NCBI GenBank assembly: GCA_032718475.1
Contig: JAUCBJ010001737.1
Location: 1-39,630, forward strand
Origin: Nemertoderma westbladi
Taxonomy: Eukaryota > Animalia > Xenacoelomorpha
Direction: 5' to 3'
DNA: 39,630 nt
The notes under the pieces were generated by a model. That model made no database searches. It was not told where the DNA came from and saw only the letters and a program-made list of their open reading frames with translations. Position 1 is the first letter of the stretch; each line of letters begins with the position of its first letter. The translations under genes were made by a program, and so were the position numbers. Below, one piece after another: positions 23,010-34,193 of the stretch.

Positions 23010-26000
23010 AACGTTACTGTAGTAAGATCGTTACTGTATTAAAAACGTTACTGTAAGTAAGAACGTTACACTCCCAGTAACGTTACTGTAGTAAGAACGT
23101 TACACTCCCAGTAACGTTACTGTAGTAAGAACGTTACTGTAGTAAGAACGTTACTGTAGTAATAACGTTACTGTAGTAAGAACGTTACTGTACTAAGAAC
23201 GTTACTGTAGTAAGAAAGTTACTGTAGTAAGAACGTTACACTCCCAGTAACGTTACTGTAGTAAGAACGTTACACTCCCAGTAACGTTACTGTAGTAAGA
23301 ACGTTACTCTAGTAAGAACGTTACTGTAGTAAGAACGTTACTGTAGTGAAAACGTTACTATAGTAGGAACGTTACTGTAGTAAAGACGTTACTGTAGTAA
23401 GAACGTTACACTCCCACTAACCTTACTGTAGTAAGAACGTTACACTCCCAGTAACGTTACTGTAGTAGAACGTTACACTCCCAGTAACGTTACTGTAGTA
23501 AGAACGTTATTGTAGTAAGAACGTTACACTCCCAGTAACGTTACTGTAGTAAAAACGTTACTGTAGTAAGAACGTTACTGTAGTAAGAACGTTACACTTC
23601 CAGTAACGTTACTGTAGTAAGAACGTTACTGTAGTAAGAACGTTACACTCCCAGTAACGATACTGTAGTAAGAACGTTACACTCCCACTAACCTTACTGT
23701 AGTAAGAACGTTACTTTCCCAGTAACGATACTGTAGTAAAAACGTTACTGTAGTAAGAACGTTACTGTAGTAAGAACGTTACACTTCCAGTAACGTTGCT
23801 GTAGTAAGAACGTTATTGTAGTAAGAACGTTACACTCCCAGTAACGATACTGTAGTAAAAACGTTACTGTAGTAAGAACGTTACTGTAGTAAGAACGTTA
23901 CACTTCCAGTAACGTTACTGTAGTAAGAACGGTACTGTAGTAAGAACGTTACACTCCCAGTAACGATACTGTAGTAAGAACGTTACACTCCCACTAACCT
24001 TACTGTAGTAAGAACGTTACACTCCCAGTAACGTTACTGTAGTAAGAACGTTACTGTAGTAAGAACGTTACTGTAGTAAGAACGTTACTGTAGTAAGAAC
24101 GTTATTGTAGTAAGAACGTTACACTCCCAGTAACGATACTGTAGTAAAAACGTTACTGTAGTAAGAACGTTACTGTAGTAAGAACGTTTCACTTCCAGTA
24201 ACGTTACTGTAGTAAGAACGTTACTGTAGTAAGAACGTTACACTCCCCGTAACGTTACTGTAGTAAGAACGTTACTGTAGTAAAAACGTTAGTGTAGTAA
24301 GAACGTTACTGTAGTAAGAACGTTACTGTAGTAAGAACGTTACTGTAGTAAGAACGTTACTGTAGTAAGAATGTTACTGTATTAAGAACGTTACTGTAGT
24401 AAGAACTTAACTGTAGTAGGAACGTTACTGTAGTAAGAACGTTACTGTAGTAAGAACGTTACTGTAGTAAGAACGTTACTGTAGTAAGAATGTTACTGTA
24501 GTAAGAACGTTACTGTAGTAAGAACGTTACTGTAGTAAGAACGTTACTATACTAAGAACTAAAGAACGTTACTGTAGTAAGAACGTTACTGTAGTAAGAA
24601 CGTTACTATAATACTAAGAACTAAGGAACGTTACTGTAGTAAGAACGTTACTATACTAAGAACTAAAGAACGTTACTGTAGTAAGAAAGTTACTGTAGTA
24701 AGAACGTTACACTCCCAGTAACGTTACTGTAGTAAGAACGTTAGTGTAGTAAGACGGTTACTGTAGTAAGAACATTACTGTAGTAAGAACGTCACACTCC
24801 CAGTAACGTTACTGTAGTAAGAACGTCACAGTAGTAGGAGCGTTACTGTAGTAAGAACGTTACACTCCCAGTAACGTTACTGTAGTAAGAACGTTACTGT
24901 AGTAAGAACGTCACACTCCCAGTAACGTTACTGTAGTAAGAACGTTTCTGTAGTATGTATGTATATATATATAAAGCTATATGTATGTATGTATGTATTT
25001 ATAGACCAAAGGAAGAAATAAATAAACAAACATTACCGATTACACAAAATATATATCTATTTAGTCCAGGGAATATAACGCTCTAAGTAGGTAAATTACA
25101 ATAACAAATGAATAATATAAATAGAAATTTATCGAAATAATCATTGAAATCAGATATGTAAATAAATTAATTGCCCAAAATAATCATCAAATTGTCATGG
25201 TAGTAAAAAAAAACAATACCGAGCAAAAACAAACTTACAAAAAAAACACGATCCAAAGATGCATTAAGTGTAGGGCGGGGGCCGGGGGTTAGACAGCAAA
25301 CTGACAAAAAAGTTCAAAAACTAATGATTAAATTATCATCATTTTGTGTTAGGGATAGATTTACGATGGCGAAGCATCTTAGATACGAAGGTTGGTGCGT
25401 TCTTAATTTTTAGAAGAATATGTGCAGGTGCGCTGAGAACCGTTTCCCCAGTAAACTCTTTACGAATATTTTCGTAGAGTGGGCACATGCAGAGGAAATG
25501 TTGCTCATCCTCAACCTCACCACAGGAATACAAACGGAGCTCACGAGGTATGCGGAGATATCTTCCCTTTTCAACTGCGAGGTCATGAGCGCTGAGTCTT
25601 AGTCGTACATAGTTTATGAGTTTGACAGACTGGTGCATGCAATTGTATGCATCAGGTCTTGATAGGGTGGGGTTTAGCTGGAGATACGTTACATATTTAG
25701 ACCGGCCTTGCGCCGCTTTATCCTTGATAGAATTACGAAGATAATTCATTGACGATTCAATAACGTCCTTGTAGGTCAAGGAGGTTAATTCGTTAATATA
25801 GTTACAGAAAGGAGACTTTAGTTGCATAACGTGATGTAGTGGTGAACCACAAAAATCGTTATTCGATTTAATATGTTGAATAGCTTTCGCAGCCCGCGCC
25901 TTGACAAGATCTTTTAGCATTGGTCGGTTGAGTTCGATATATATCATCTCGTTTGGAGTTGATGCTTTGACCCCAACTATAGTTTTAAGAACTTTGCGGT

Positions 26001-27068
26001 ATTTGATTTCTAACTGATTTAGGTTTATATTACCCCATGCTTCGCAGTTATACAATATGGCGCTGGAAAGACAAGCATCCAGCACCAATTCCTTAATTTT
26101 AAGCGGCGCATTACAATTTTCTCGGAGGATGCAAAGTACTTTGCGAAATGTTTTTGTTTGCGGTTGAAGTCGACGGCAACGTTAAGACAACGGTAAGAAC
26201 GTTACTGTAGTAAGAACGTTACACTCCCAGTAACGTTACTGTAGGAAGAACGTTACTGTAGTAAGAACGTTACTGTAGTAAGAATGTTACACTCCCACTA
26301 ACCTTACTGTAGTAAGAACGTTACTGTAGTAAGAACGTTACTGTAGTAAGAATGTTACACTCCCACTAACGTTACTGTAGTTAGAACGTTACACTCCCAG
26401 TAACGTTACTGTAGGAAGAACGTTACTGTAGTAAGAACGTTACTGTAGTAAGAATGTTACACTCCCACTAACCTTACTGTAGTAAGAACGTTACACTCCC
26501 ACTAACCTTACTGTAGTAAGAACGTTACACTCCCACTAACGTTACTGTAGTAAGAACGTTACACTCCCACTAACCTTACTGTAGTAAGGACGTTACACTA
26601 CCACTAACCTTACTGTAGTAAGAACGTTACACTCCCAGTAACGTTACTGTAGTAAGAACGTTACACTCCCAGTAACGTTACTGTAGTAAGAACGCTGTTG
26701 TAGTAAGAACGTTACTGTAGTAAGAACGTTACTGTTGTAGTAAGAACATCACTGTAGTAAGAACGTAACTGTAGTAAGAACGTTACTGTAGTAAGAACGT
26801 CACTGTGGTACGAACGTTACTGTAGTAAAAACGTTACAGTAGTAAGAACGTTACACTCCCAGTAACGTTACTGTAGTAAGAACGCTGTTGTAGTAAGAAC
26901 GTTACTGTAGTAAGAACGTTACTGTTGTAGTAAGAACATCACTGTAGTAAGAACGTAACTGTAGTAAGAACGTTACTGTAGTAAGAACGTCACTGTGGTA
27001 CGAACGTTACTGTAGTAAAAACGTTACTGTAGTAAGAACGTTACTGTAGTAAGAACGTCACACTCCCA
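23010..27068. repeat. Minisatellite of two 17-bp unit types (AACGTTACTGTAGTAAG and AACGTTACACTCCCAGT), interrupted by a LINE fragment
   Basis: Read directly. A 190-bp block is duplicated (26691/26881). Lies between the 3' ends of two convergent genes. Confidence 0.97.
24956..26192 (-). mobile_element. 5'-truncated, slightly decayed non-LTR retrotransposon 3' end (second family)
   Basis: ORF 25339-26088 is an ORF2 C-terminus: RLRLSAHDLAVEKGRY..RLYSCGEVEDEQHFLCMCPLY, a Cys/His knuckle with the first Cys apparently changed to Tyr. Apparent 1-bp frameshift near 26130. (TACA)n-like tail. GTA at both junctions. Confidence 0.88.
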
Positions 27069-27994
27069 TACTACCTGGTTATGTTACTGCGTGCCACGAC
27101 AACCATCCCGAGTGACCCGGAGTTCCTGTTTTTCAGGAATTTCTCACCCAATATTTGCCAATTATTGTACTCGGCAACCCTGGACTAAATTTTCCAAACC
27201 TTTGCCCACCCAGAGAAAGAACAATTAATTTGATCAGAATTCGACAGTTTTTAATAAGCGTTCGAGACATTTCGTAAACAAACATACATCCGAACATCTC
27301 ACATCTTCATCTTAATTCATACAAAACTACCCTACCTAATAATGCAGGTTCGTTTATACAATAATTAATTAATTAAGTTGGTTTCAGTTATAGTAATTAC
27401 TCGGTCACAAATATACTGTATAAGATTAGTTAATATATGTAACTATACTGAAACAAGTCGAATAAATGTTCGACTGTAAAAACGACATTATGTGATGTGG
27501 GGAGAGTTTAATAAGACGGACGAAGATCGACACCCACAAAACAGAAAAATAAATAAACATCTTACGAGCAAATGTTGTTGGAACGCGTTCCTTGGGTTAT
27601 ATAAAATACAGTAGTCATCAAACAGTTTATTTAAATAACTAAGCCTAAACCTATAAACCCCATGCCGACAACCACAGATGAAAATCAATTATTAATGCTC
27701 ATTAATTTTCATTATCAATGAGGGTCAGAATTTGTTACACTGGCAGGCTATTCTAACCAAAACAAGAAACGAAGGGCAATAGCTCAGGTTATTTTGATCT
27801 TTGTCGTTGTCGGAGTAGCGTTTACACCCTAAAATCATTAGTTTTACAATACATTACATTTTGTAAATTTTGCAGTAAATGGGACTGTAGAGAATGATGG
27901 TCCATATATAACTTTGGGTGGGTTTTAATGTTTGGTGATTCCTTCGTGACGGCTTATTAATAGTTCCTTGTAGTCACGGTCTCGTGACCGCTTA

Positions 27995-29038
27995 CTATAG
28001 TTCCTTGTAGTCACGGTCTCTGGTATATAGTTTGTACGCAAAGAATATAATGACGAACAATCCGATGGCAAGAAATATTCCTCCAACAAAACTAGACGAA
28101 TCGAAGTTTGATGAGGGTGGTGTCATACCTTCATTTGTTCTGGAAAGAAAAGTTTAAGTTTAGCTGTTTATTCACATTTATCATTATAGTTTAACATGAA
28201 TAACATGTTTTGTGTCTTCGTGCAGACGAGATAGGCTGACTAGTAAGTGAACATTACCATACAGCTGTAGTACAGTTGAAGGTGCATTGTGTGCCAAAAT
28301 GTGAATTATCAGGTAAATATATTTTACAGGTAATCAATCACCGGGCGTTCCAAGTTAAATTAATTAAAATCAATTAACATATGATACATTTTGTTATTGA
28401 GAAAAATGTTTTGCATTTCAGATGCTGGCAAATATGACAGTTTCAGAGCCAAGATAAATAGCTGACTTCTGATCAAATATCTGACATTCATTTGGTACTT
28501 ACGTTGTGCCACTTTCCGTTGTTCCACTATTTGTTGTACCGCTTGGTGTTGTTCCACTATTTGTTGTACCGCTTGGTGTTGTTCCACTATTTGTTGTACC
28601 GCTTGGTGTTGTACCATTTGGTATTATATCACTCTGTGCAGCTGTGGTCGTAGCATCGAGATTGTTAACCGTGTCAGGAGATCCCGTAGAATTTGTTGCG
28701 TTACTTAAAGCATCCACCAGTTGATCAACAGAAACACCCGCCGCAGCCAAAGCATCAATAAGTTCATCTCCTTGTACAACACCGGCAGCACAATCATCGA
28801 CTGTTATCCAATCAGATTCCCCAGCGCATTCGATTCCTTCTGGAGCGCTGGTCTTACAGTTCCCGTTGGTGTTAGTTAGGTCACAGACCCACCACTTACA
28901 GTCTGGATGTCCCTCAGTTGTGACCGTGCAGTTGGTACAATCGGTGTAGACAGCGCATTGATCTTCGGAGTTTGTAGGTGATATGGAGAATAAAGTTATA
29001 GTAATAAATAATGTTCCCCAATAATATATAATACCCAT
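27995..29038 (-). CDS. CD164: CD164 (endolyn)/porimin-like type I sialomucin, 2 exons (29038-28503, 28139-27995), 226 aa
   Basis: Signal peptide MGIIYYWGTLFITITLFS; 8-Cys domain; T/S-rich mucin repeats. GT-AG intron (AC|GTAAGT ... tttctttccag|). Exon 2 encodes FDSSSFVGGIFLAIGLFVIIFFAYKLYTRDRDYKEL*, with the family FDxxSFxGG motif, a TM helix and a terminal YxxL. Confidence 0.88.
28510..28620 (-). repeat. Coding 30-bp tandem repeat (GTTPSGTTNS x3) in the mucin stalk
   Basis: Three near-identical 30-bp units in the CD164-like exon 1. Confidence 0.9.
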
Positions 29039-30287
29039 TGCGAATAAATATAAACAAAATACCACTGATAAATAATTAGAGACTGCAAAGGAACTCTTAA
29101 TTAAGGTACTGGTACTGCAATAATGGGTCCTGTGAATGAAATAAGGTCTAAACTTAAAATACACGTGGCACTGCTTTTAAGACAGTATGTGTATTATTTA
29201 TTGGTTTTTAGAATGGTTGATTGGGAGATGCTGTTTTGGTCCTTCGAAATTATTACAAATAAATTACAGTTACTTTAATGACTAGCATCAACAAAATCAA
29301 TTTATATATTTTTAAGAAATTTTTTGCCCACTTCCAAATTTTTTAAAAATAATGTTTATAACAATTAATGAAACTGCCTAGTTTATGAAATTAATATGGG
29401 AGTTGACTGTGATATACTTTTACTTTATACTAAAATTGTAAAGCAGATATTAATAATAAATTATTGATAAAATATTTATCATAAAAAACCAAATTTATTC
29501 CAGTAAAAGAAAGACAATTAAACAACGTAGAAGGCCTATATAGTTATTACTTAATATTCGAGACCACGGTTGGTTTATTAGCGACCCCCACTCAATTATA
29601 CAGGATTATATTGAAGGCGTAAAACTCGTGGTACATTGCCATCATCGATCCGTTCTGGGTTGCCTCATAGGAATATAGTCCCAACTGTTAGGAGCACAAC
29701 AGCGGCACTAAAGTGGGTTCAATGGATCTCAGTCTGGTAACAGATGCGACAAATATTACTCACCCCTTTCGTTTCCTTATTAGGCTAACACGAACCCCTT
29801 TTCGACTAATGCATGCTGAGGTTTATTACATACGAGTATATACCCGTTCGATTCTACTGGCGTATTTCTTAAGAGAATGAGAGGAAGTAGGGAACCATGA
29901 ACGATTTGTGTCCCACTGATCGGAAAACCTTAAACAGCAAGCTGCTTAGCTTCCTATAACAGCTAACTGAAATCATTTCCAATAAAAGTTTAAAGAAACT
30001 GCACTAACTAACTCTCGACGCCGATGGGATGGTTGTAGTAAATAATTCTTCAAGTCACGAGATTTTATAGCAGGCAGGCGCCTAATGGGTCGGTAGAAGA
30101 ATGAAATCATTCGGAACGATTAATAAAATAGACATACTCCTATGATTCTTATGTAATAAATGTGCTAAATTAACACGTTATAAAGCAAATACAGGTCTGT
30201 GACCATCGTGCAGAAACATTTAAAGCCACCAGCTAACAGCTATAATCACACCAGACCCCGGGATCAGAACATGATTGCCTAGTAGAT

Positions 30288-30920
30288 ATCTCAAAAGGCG
30301 AGGTCCTATAAGGAGTCAGTGTCTAGTCTCACAGGACGAGGTCCTACAAGGATCGACCGTGGCTAGTCTCACAGGACGAGGTCCTACAAGGATCGACCGT
30401 GGCTAGTCTCACAGGACGAGGTCCTACAAGGATCGACCAGTGGCTAGTCTCACAGGACGAGGTCCTACAAGGATCGACCGTGGCTAGTCTCAAAGGACGA
30501 GGTCCTACAAGGATCGACCAGTGGCTAGTCTCAAAGGACGAGGTCCTACAAGGATCGACCAGTGGCTAGTCTCAAAGGACGAGGTCCTACAAGGATCGAC
30601 CAGTGGCTAGTCTCACATGACGAGGTCCTACAAGGATCGACCAGTGGCTAGTCTCAAAGGACGAGGTCCTACAAGGATCGACCAGTGGCTAGTATCACAG
30701 GACGAGGTCCTATAAGGATCCTCGGTGGCTAGTCTCACAGGACGAGGTCCTACAAGGATCGACCAGTGGCTAGTCTCACATGACGAGGTCCTACAAGGAT
30801 CGACCAGTGGCTAGTCTCAAAGGACGAGGTCCTACAAGGATCGACCAGTGGCTAGTCTCACATGACGAGGTCCTACAAGGATCGACCAGTGGCTAGTCTC
30901 AAAGGACGAGGTCCTACAAG
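30288..30920. repeat. Minisatellite, 40-41-bp unit (GACGAGGTCCTACAAGGATCGACCAGTGGCTAGTCTCACAG), about 15 copies
   Basis: Read directly. Ends 12 bp before the Harbinger left TIR. Confidence 0.96.
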
Positions 30921-31254
30921 TATTGATATAATGGCCCGGTTTCTCAACCTAAGTGCCCACTTATCCTAAAATGGCCACTTAATAATTTTAAATGCCCACT
31001 TTGTTAAATGGCCACTTAGTTTAAGTTAAGTGTTGTTTCTCATAAAAAGATAATGAGCACTTAACTAAGTGGCCACTTTAATAATTTAAGGTGGAATTTA
31101 TCCAAAACTGAAAGTTTAGTTCAGTAGTAACCGGTAGCTAACAGTTCAATCAAGATTCTACAGCAGTAGGCCTACAGGAAAAGTATTTACGGTATATCCT
31201 CTACCCAGTTCAGCACTATCACGTTGAACTTGTATATTCTTGCTGCCTGTTGAA

Positions 31255-32202
31255 ATGGAGATGGATGCAGACAGAAATATTTATATTAACGATACGGACA
31301 CCGGTTGTACTATTAGGCCTAATATTGCTGAGTCAAAGCAGAAGAGCCGAAAAAGGTCGAAAAATTGGACAGTGAATGACGCCTGTCAGCTCATAACAGT
31401 GTACGAGAAGTACCATGGCCTCGTTAGTGGTTCTTTTAATAAAACAAAAAACATAACTCCGGAAACGAAGGAGCGTGCATGGCAGGCCATGCTAAATCGT
31501 TTTAACGCTTCGGGGGTGGAGGCTCCTCGATCGAAAGAGGAACTAATAAAAAAGATAGAAAACACAAAACAAGTTGTTCGCACTTACGCTAATGCACTAA
31601 AATACCACCGAACCGGAGGTGGACCACCGGTTCCGCAACCCCCCGTTTATGTCATGAAGATGTTCGAAATAATTCACGGTTCAAGTGGCGATGTAATTTT
31701 TGGTATAGGATCTGGGGCGGAGTGTGGTGGATCTAACACTACTGGTAATGATATTCGCGAAAAAGAAAATATTCCGATACCTCCAGCTCCAGTTAGTACA
31801 GGAACCGATCCTGGTAGATCGATAGATCACACATCCGAATCTATTGCGGCCAAACGCATTTGTGCCGCCGGGGTCAAATCGACGGAGACCGCTCTAGATC
31901 TTCAATTGGTTCAACAGCAGTTGTTAATGATAAAAGAAAACCGGTATTTAATTTACCTAAAGACGTTAAAGGCCAAAGAAGAGATGAGACGATTGAATCT
32001 ATTGGTTCCAGATCCTCAAATATTTACGTTGGATGCTTCAGCTGTTGAGACTTCAGGAGTTGGAGATGAAGATAACGGATGTAGGCCTATACTAGAGGAT
32101 CCTCCAGTTATCTCAATTGGCGAGAATGCCGAGGTAATGTTTGTTGACAACAACCTGGCTCGAAACATTCTTCATCAGATTACTTTGTTAAATGATAAAT
32201 AA
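31255..32202 (+). CDS. Myb/SANT-like (trihelix, MSANTD-type) DNA-binding protein of the Harbinger element, 315 aa
   Basis: RKRSKNWT...KERAWQAMLNRFNA...RSKEELIKKIEN...TGGGPP pattern and a C-terminal coiled-coil-like segment. Intact from the ATG at 31255. Confidence 0.88.
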   Translation: MEMDADRNIYINDTDTGCTIRPNIAESKQKSRKRSKNWTVNDACQLITVYEKYHGLVSGSFNKTKNITPETKERAWQAMLNRFNASGVEAPRSKEELIKKIENTKQVVRTYANALKYHRTGGGPPVPQPPVYVMKMFEIIHGSSGDVIFGIGSGAECGGSNTTGNDIREKENIPIPPAPVSTGTDPGRSIDHTSESIAAKRICAAGVKSTETALDLQLVQQQLLMIKENRYLIYLKTLKAKEEMRRLNLLVPDPQIFTLDASAVETSGVGDEDNGCRPILEDPPVISIGENAEVMFVDNNLARNILHQITLLNDK

Positions 32203-32599
32203 ACTGAGTATTTTTTTAATAATACAGTATGCAATTAAATAATATCAAAGCATTTACTATTCAAAATAATGTTGTGTATATAATGTATGAAGATTAGGGA
32301 TGTGAGTCAGGAAATGTAAGGAAATTTTCTAGAGATCTTTCGGACAATTTCGTTTTTTATTAATTGTTGTTATATAAAATTAACTTTTAATAGTAAATAT
32401 TTACAGAAATATCCTCATATTAATTGCATAAAATAGTAATAACGGTAATATGATTTGAATTGAACTAAATTTGTGATTGTGACTTTTGTTTGTGTTTTGT
32501 CAATTTAAATATTAGGCCTACTATGTTTTATATTGAACGCAATTTCTGAAATTAATACGTTTTCAATTTTTCCTCTTAAACTCTATAACTCTAGACCAA

Positions 32600-32790
32600 G
32601 CGGCAGCTTGGTCTATTGGTGACATTCCTGGGCTTCCAATTAGAAAGCCCTGGTTCAATCCCTAGATGGGGCAGCACTGTTTGGGCCCAGTGATTTAAAT
32701 GCTGCAGCCAAGCCCAACCCTGGCTTTCATCCTTCAGTGGTCGATAAATGGGAACCAAGGCAACTTGGGAAACAGAGTGGAAGGGTTTAC
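32600..32790 (+). mobile_element. tRNA-derived SINE nested in the Harbinger element
   Basis: Pol III A-box TGGTCTATTGG (32609) and B-box GGTTCAATCCC (32652). These are followed by TTTCATCCTTCAGTGGTCGATAAATGGGAACC, which from memory resembles a conserved SINE central domain (MetaSINE-like). The 3' end is not defined. Confidence 0.6.
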
Positions 32791-33462
32791 TGTGGAAGAT
32801 TAATAATTCACTGTAATGGTGGAATGGTGGTCCCTACACCAAATGGTGGAAGATAAAAAATACTGCAGTAAAAATTTATTAGTTATTGGCACTCTAAGTT
32901 ATTTACCCGCACTATGATATCGTTATTTACACGCCTAACATTTTCATTTTAACATTTTCGGAATTTTAACAACGTAATATAGAACCCAAAAAATATTAAA
33001 TCAGCGATAAAGATAGGCGCTTTTTCGAATTACCGAAATTTGATAAAATTTAATAAATTCTACATTGCGCAATCTTTAGGCTGTCAATCATCAAGTTGGC
33101 CAACCAATTATAATTAGTAACACTTCAATATCTGTTATATCTAGTAGAGTGGCTCAAGTTGGTACCAAGTTAATAAAATATCTTCAGCACAAATTGGTCG
33201 CATTCGAAATCAGCATTGGTTTATTGTTTTGGTTAGAAAACACAGCCACTGTAACATGCTCCTCTCCTTCAAAGTTTTACATTCTTTTTTTAAACCCAAT
33301 AAATACAAATTGTTTGTGTATTTATCTATATATTTTTGCCGCGGGTTGTTCTAGAACATTAACATATATGTCAAAATCTCCATAAAAATAGCTAGTAAAA
33401 AAATTGAAAATGAAGAGGAATATTCCAATATTCCAGGAATATCCCAATATTTTACAGAGGAT

Positions 33463-33600
33463 TTAAAATGCCCTGTAGTGGCTCCGTAGGTACCGCTCAT
33501 AAAATTCAGTATCGTTATATACTTGTAGTGGGTTGAGTTTGATGTTGTTTACTCTCGATTTTCGTCGATGCCTATTTATAACAACTGGAACAAATGCCAT
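33463..33600 (-). pseudogene. N-terminal remnant of a Harbinger (HARBI1-like) transposase
   Basis: ATG at 33600 gives MAFVPVVINRHRRKSRVNNIKLNPLQVYNDTEFYERY, then an early stop. NPLxxYxDxEFxxRY is typical of the Harbinger transposase N-terminal region. No DDE core follows. Confidence 0.6.
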
Positions 33601-34062
33601 AACATTACCGGTACAGAGCAAACTGCATTTTGTTTATTTACTTAAGACTTAAGTAGCCAGATAAGGTACCTCCCAGGGTTACTTAAGTTTTCCCTTAAAT
33701 GTGAAACTTTAAATGGCCATTTAACTTTTGAGAAACTGCAAATAAATTTAAGTGGGCACTTAGTTACAAAACACTTAGTTTAAGTGCCCAATTTAAGTTA
33801 AGTGAGTTTTGAGAAACCGGGCCTATAACAGTTTTACAGCTTATATTAATTTTTTTTTCAAAAATTACTAGCTAGTAAAAAATACACTAGCTACCACAAA
33901 AAATATCTGCTAAGATTCTAGAACATTCACCAATATCAAAAAAAAAACACTCAAAAACACAAAAAAAGGTTAAAAAAAATAACAGGGGGAAGTTCATTTT
34001 TGGATAGTTTACCTTAGATTGTAGGATTCAGGCTAAAAACAAAACACTGGGAACTTTAAAAA

Positions 34063-34072
34063 TATATAAATA
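34063..34072 (+). promoter_or_regulatory. Possible TATA box of the LRR gene
   Basis: TATATAAATA about 130 bp upstream of the ATG. The AT-rich context makes this weak. Confidence 0.3.
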
Positions 34073-34193
34073 CCTTGATAATAATTATTGCAACTAATAG
34101 ATTTGTACACTAATGAAGTTGAAAAAGTAGTAACTTCCACTAATTGTAAAAAGGTTTGCACTAATACAGAAATTATAATATAATAAAGAAAGG

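Larger units (their letters stand above)
30933..33823. mobile_element. PIF/Harbinger DNA transposon, non-autonomous derivative
   Basis: Perfect 15-bp TIR GGCCCGGTTTCTCAA (30933-47 / 33809-23). Subterminal AAGTG(G/C)CCACTT-type motifs at both ends. Myb/SANT ORF plus a convergent transposase N-terminal remnant. The flanking trinucleotides (AAT/TAT) are not a perfect TSD. Confidence 0.88.

Noticed and set aside
29039-29164. Longer N-terminus of the CD164-like ORF shown in the ORF track
   Set aside because: It uses a non-ATG start. The ATG at 29038 gives a proper signal peptide.
3348-30920. Tandem arrays as CRISPR arrays
   Set aside because: Units are head-to-tail with no unique spacers, there are no cas genes, and the context is eukaryotic.
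32600-32670. Functional tRNA gene
   Set aside because: A and B boxes are present, but the acceptor and T stems pair poorly and a SINE-like body follows.
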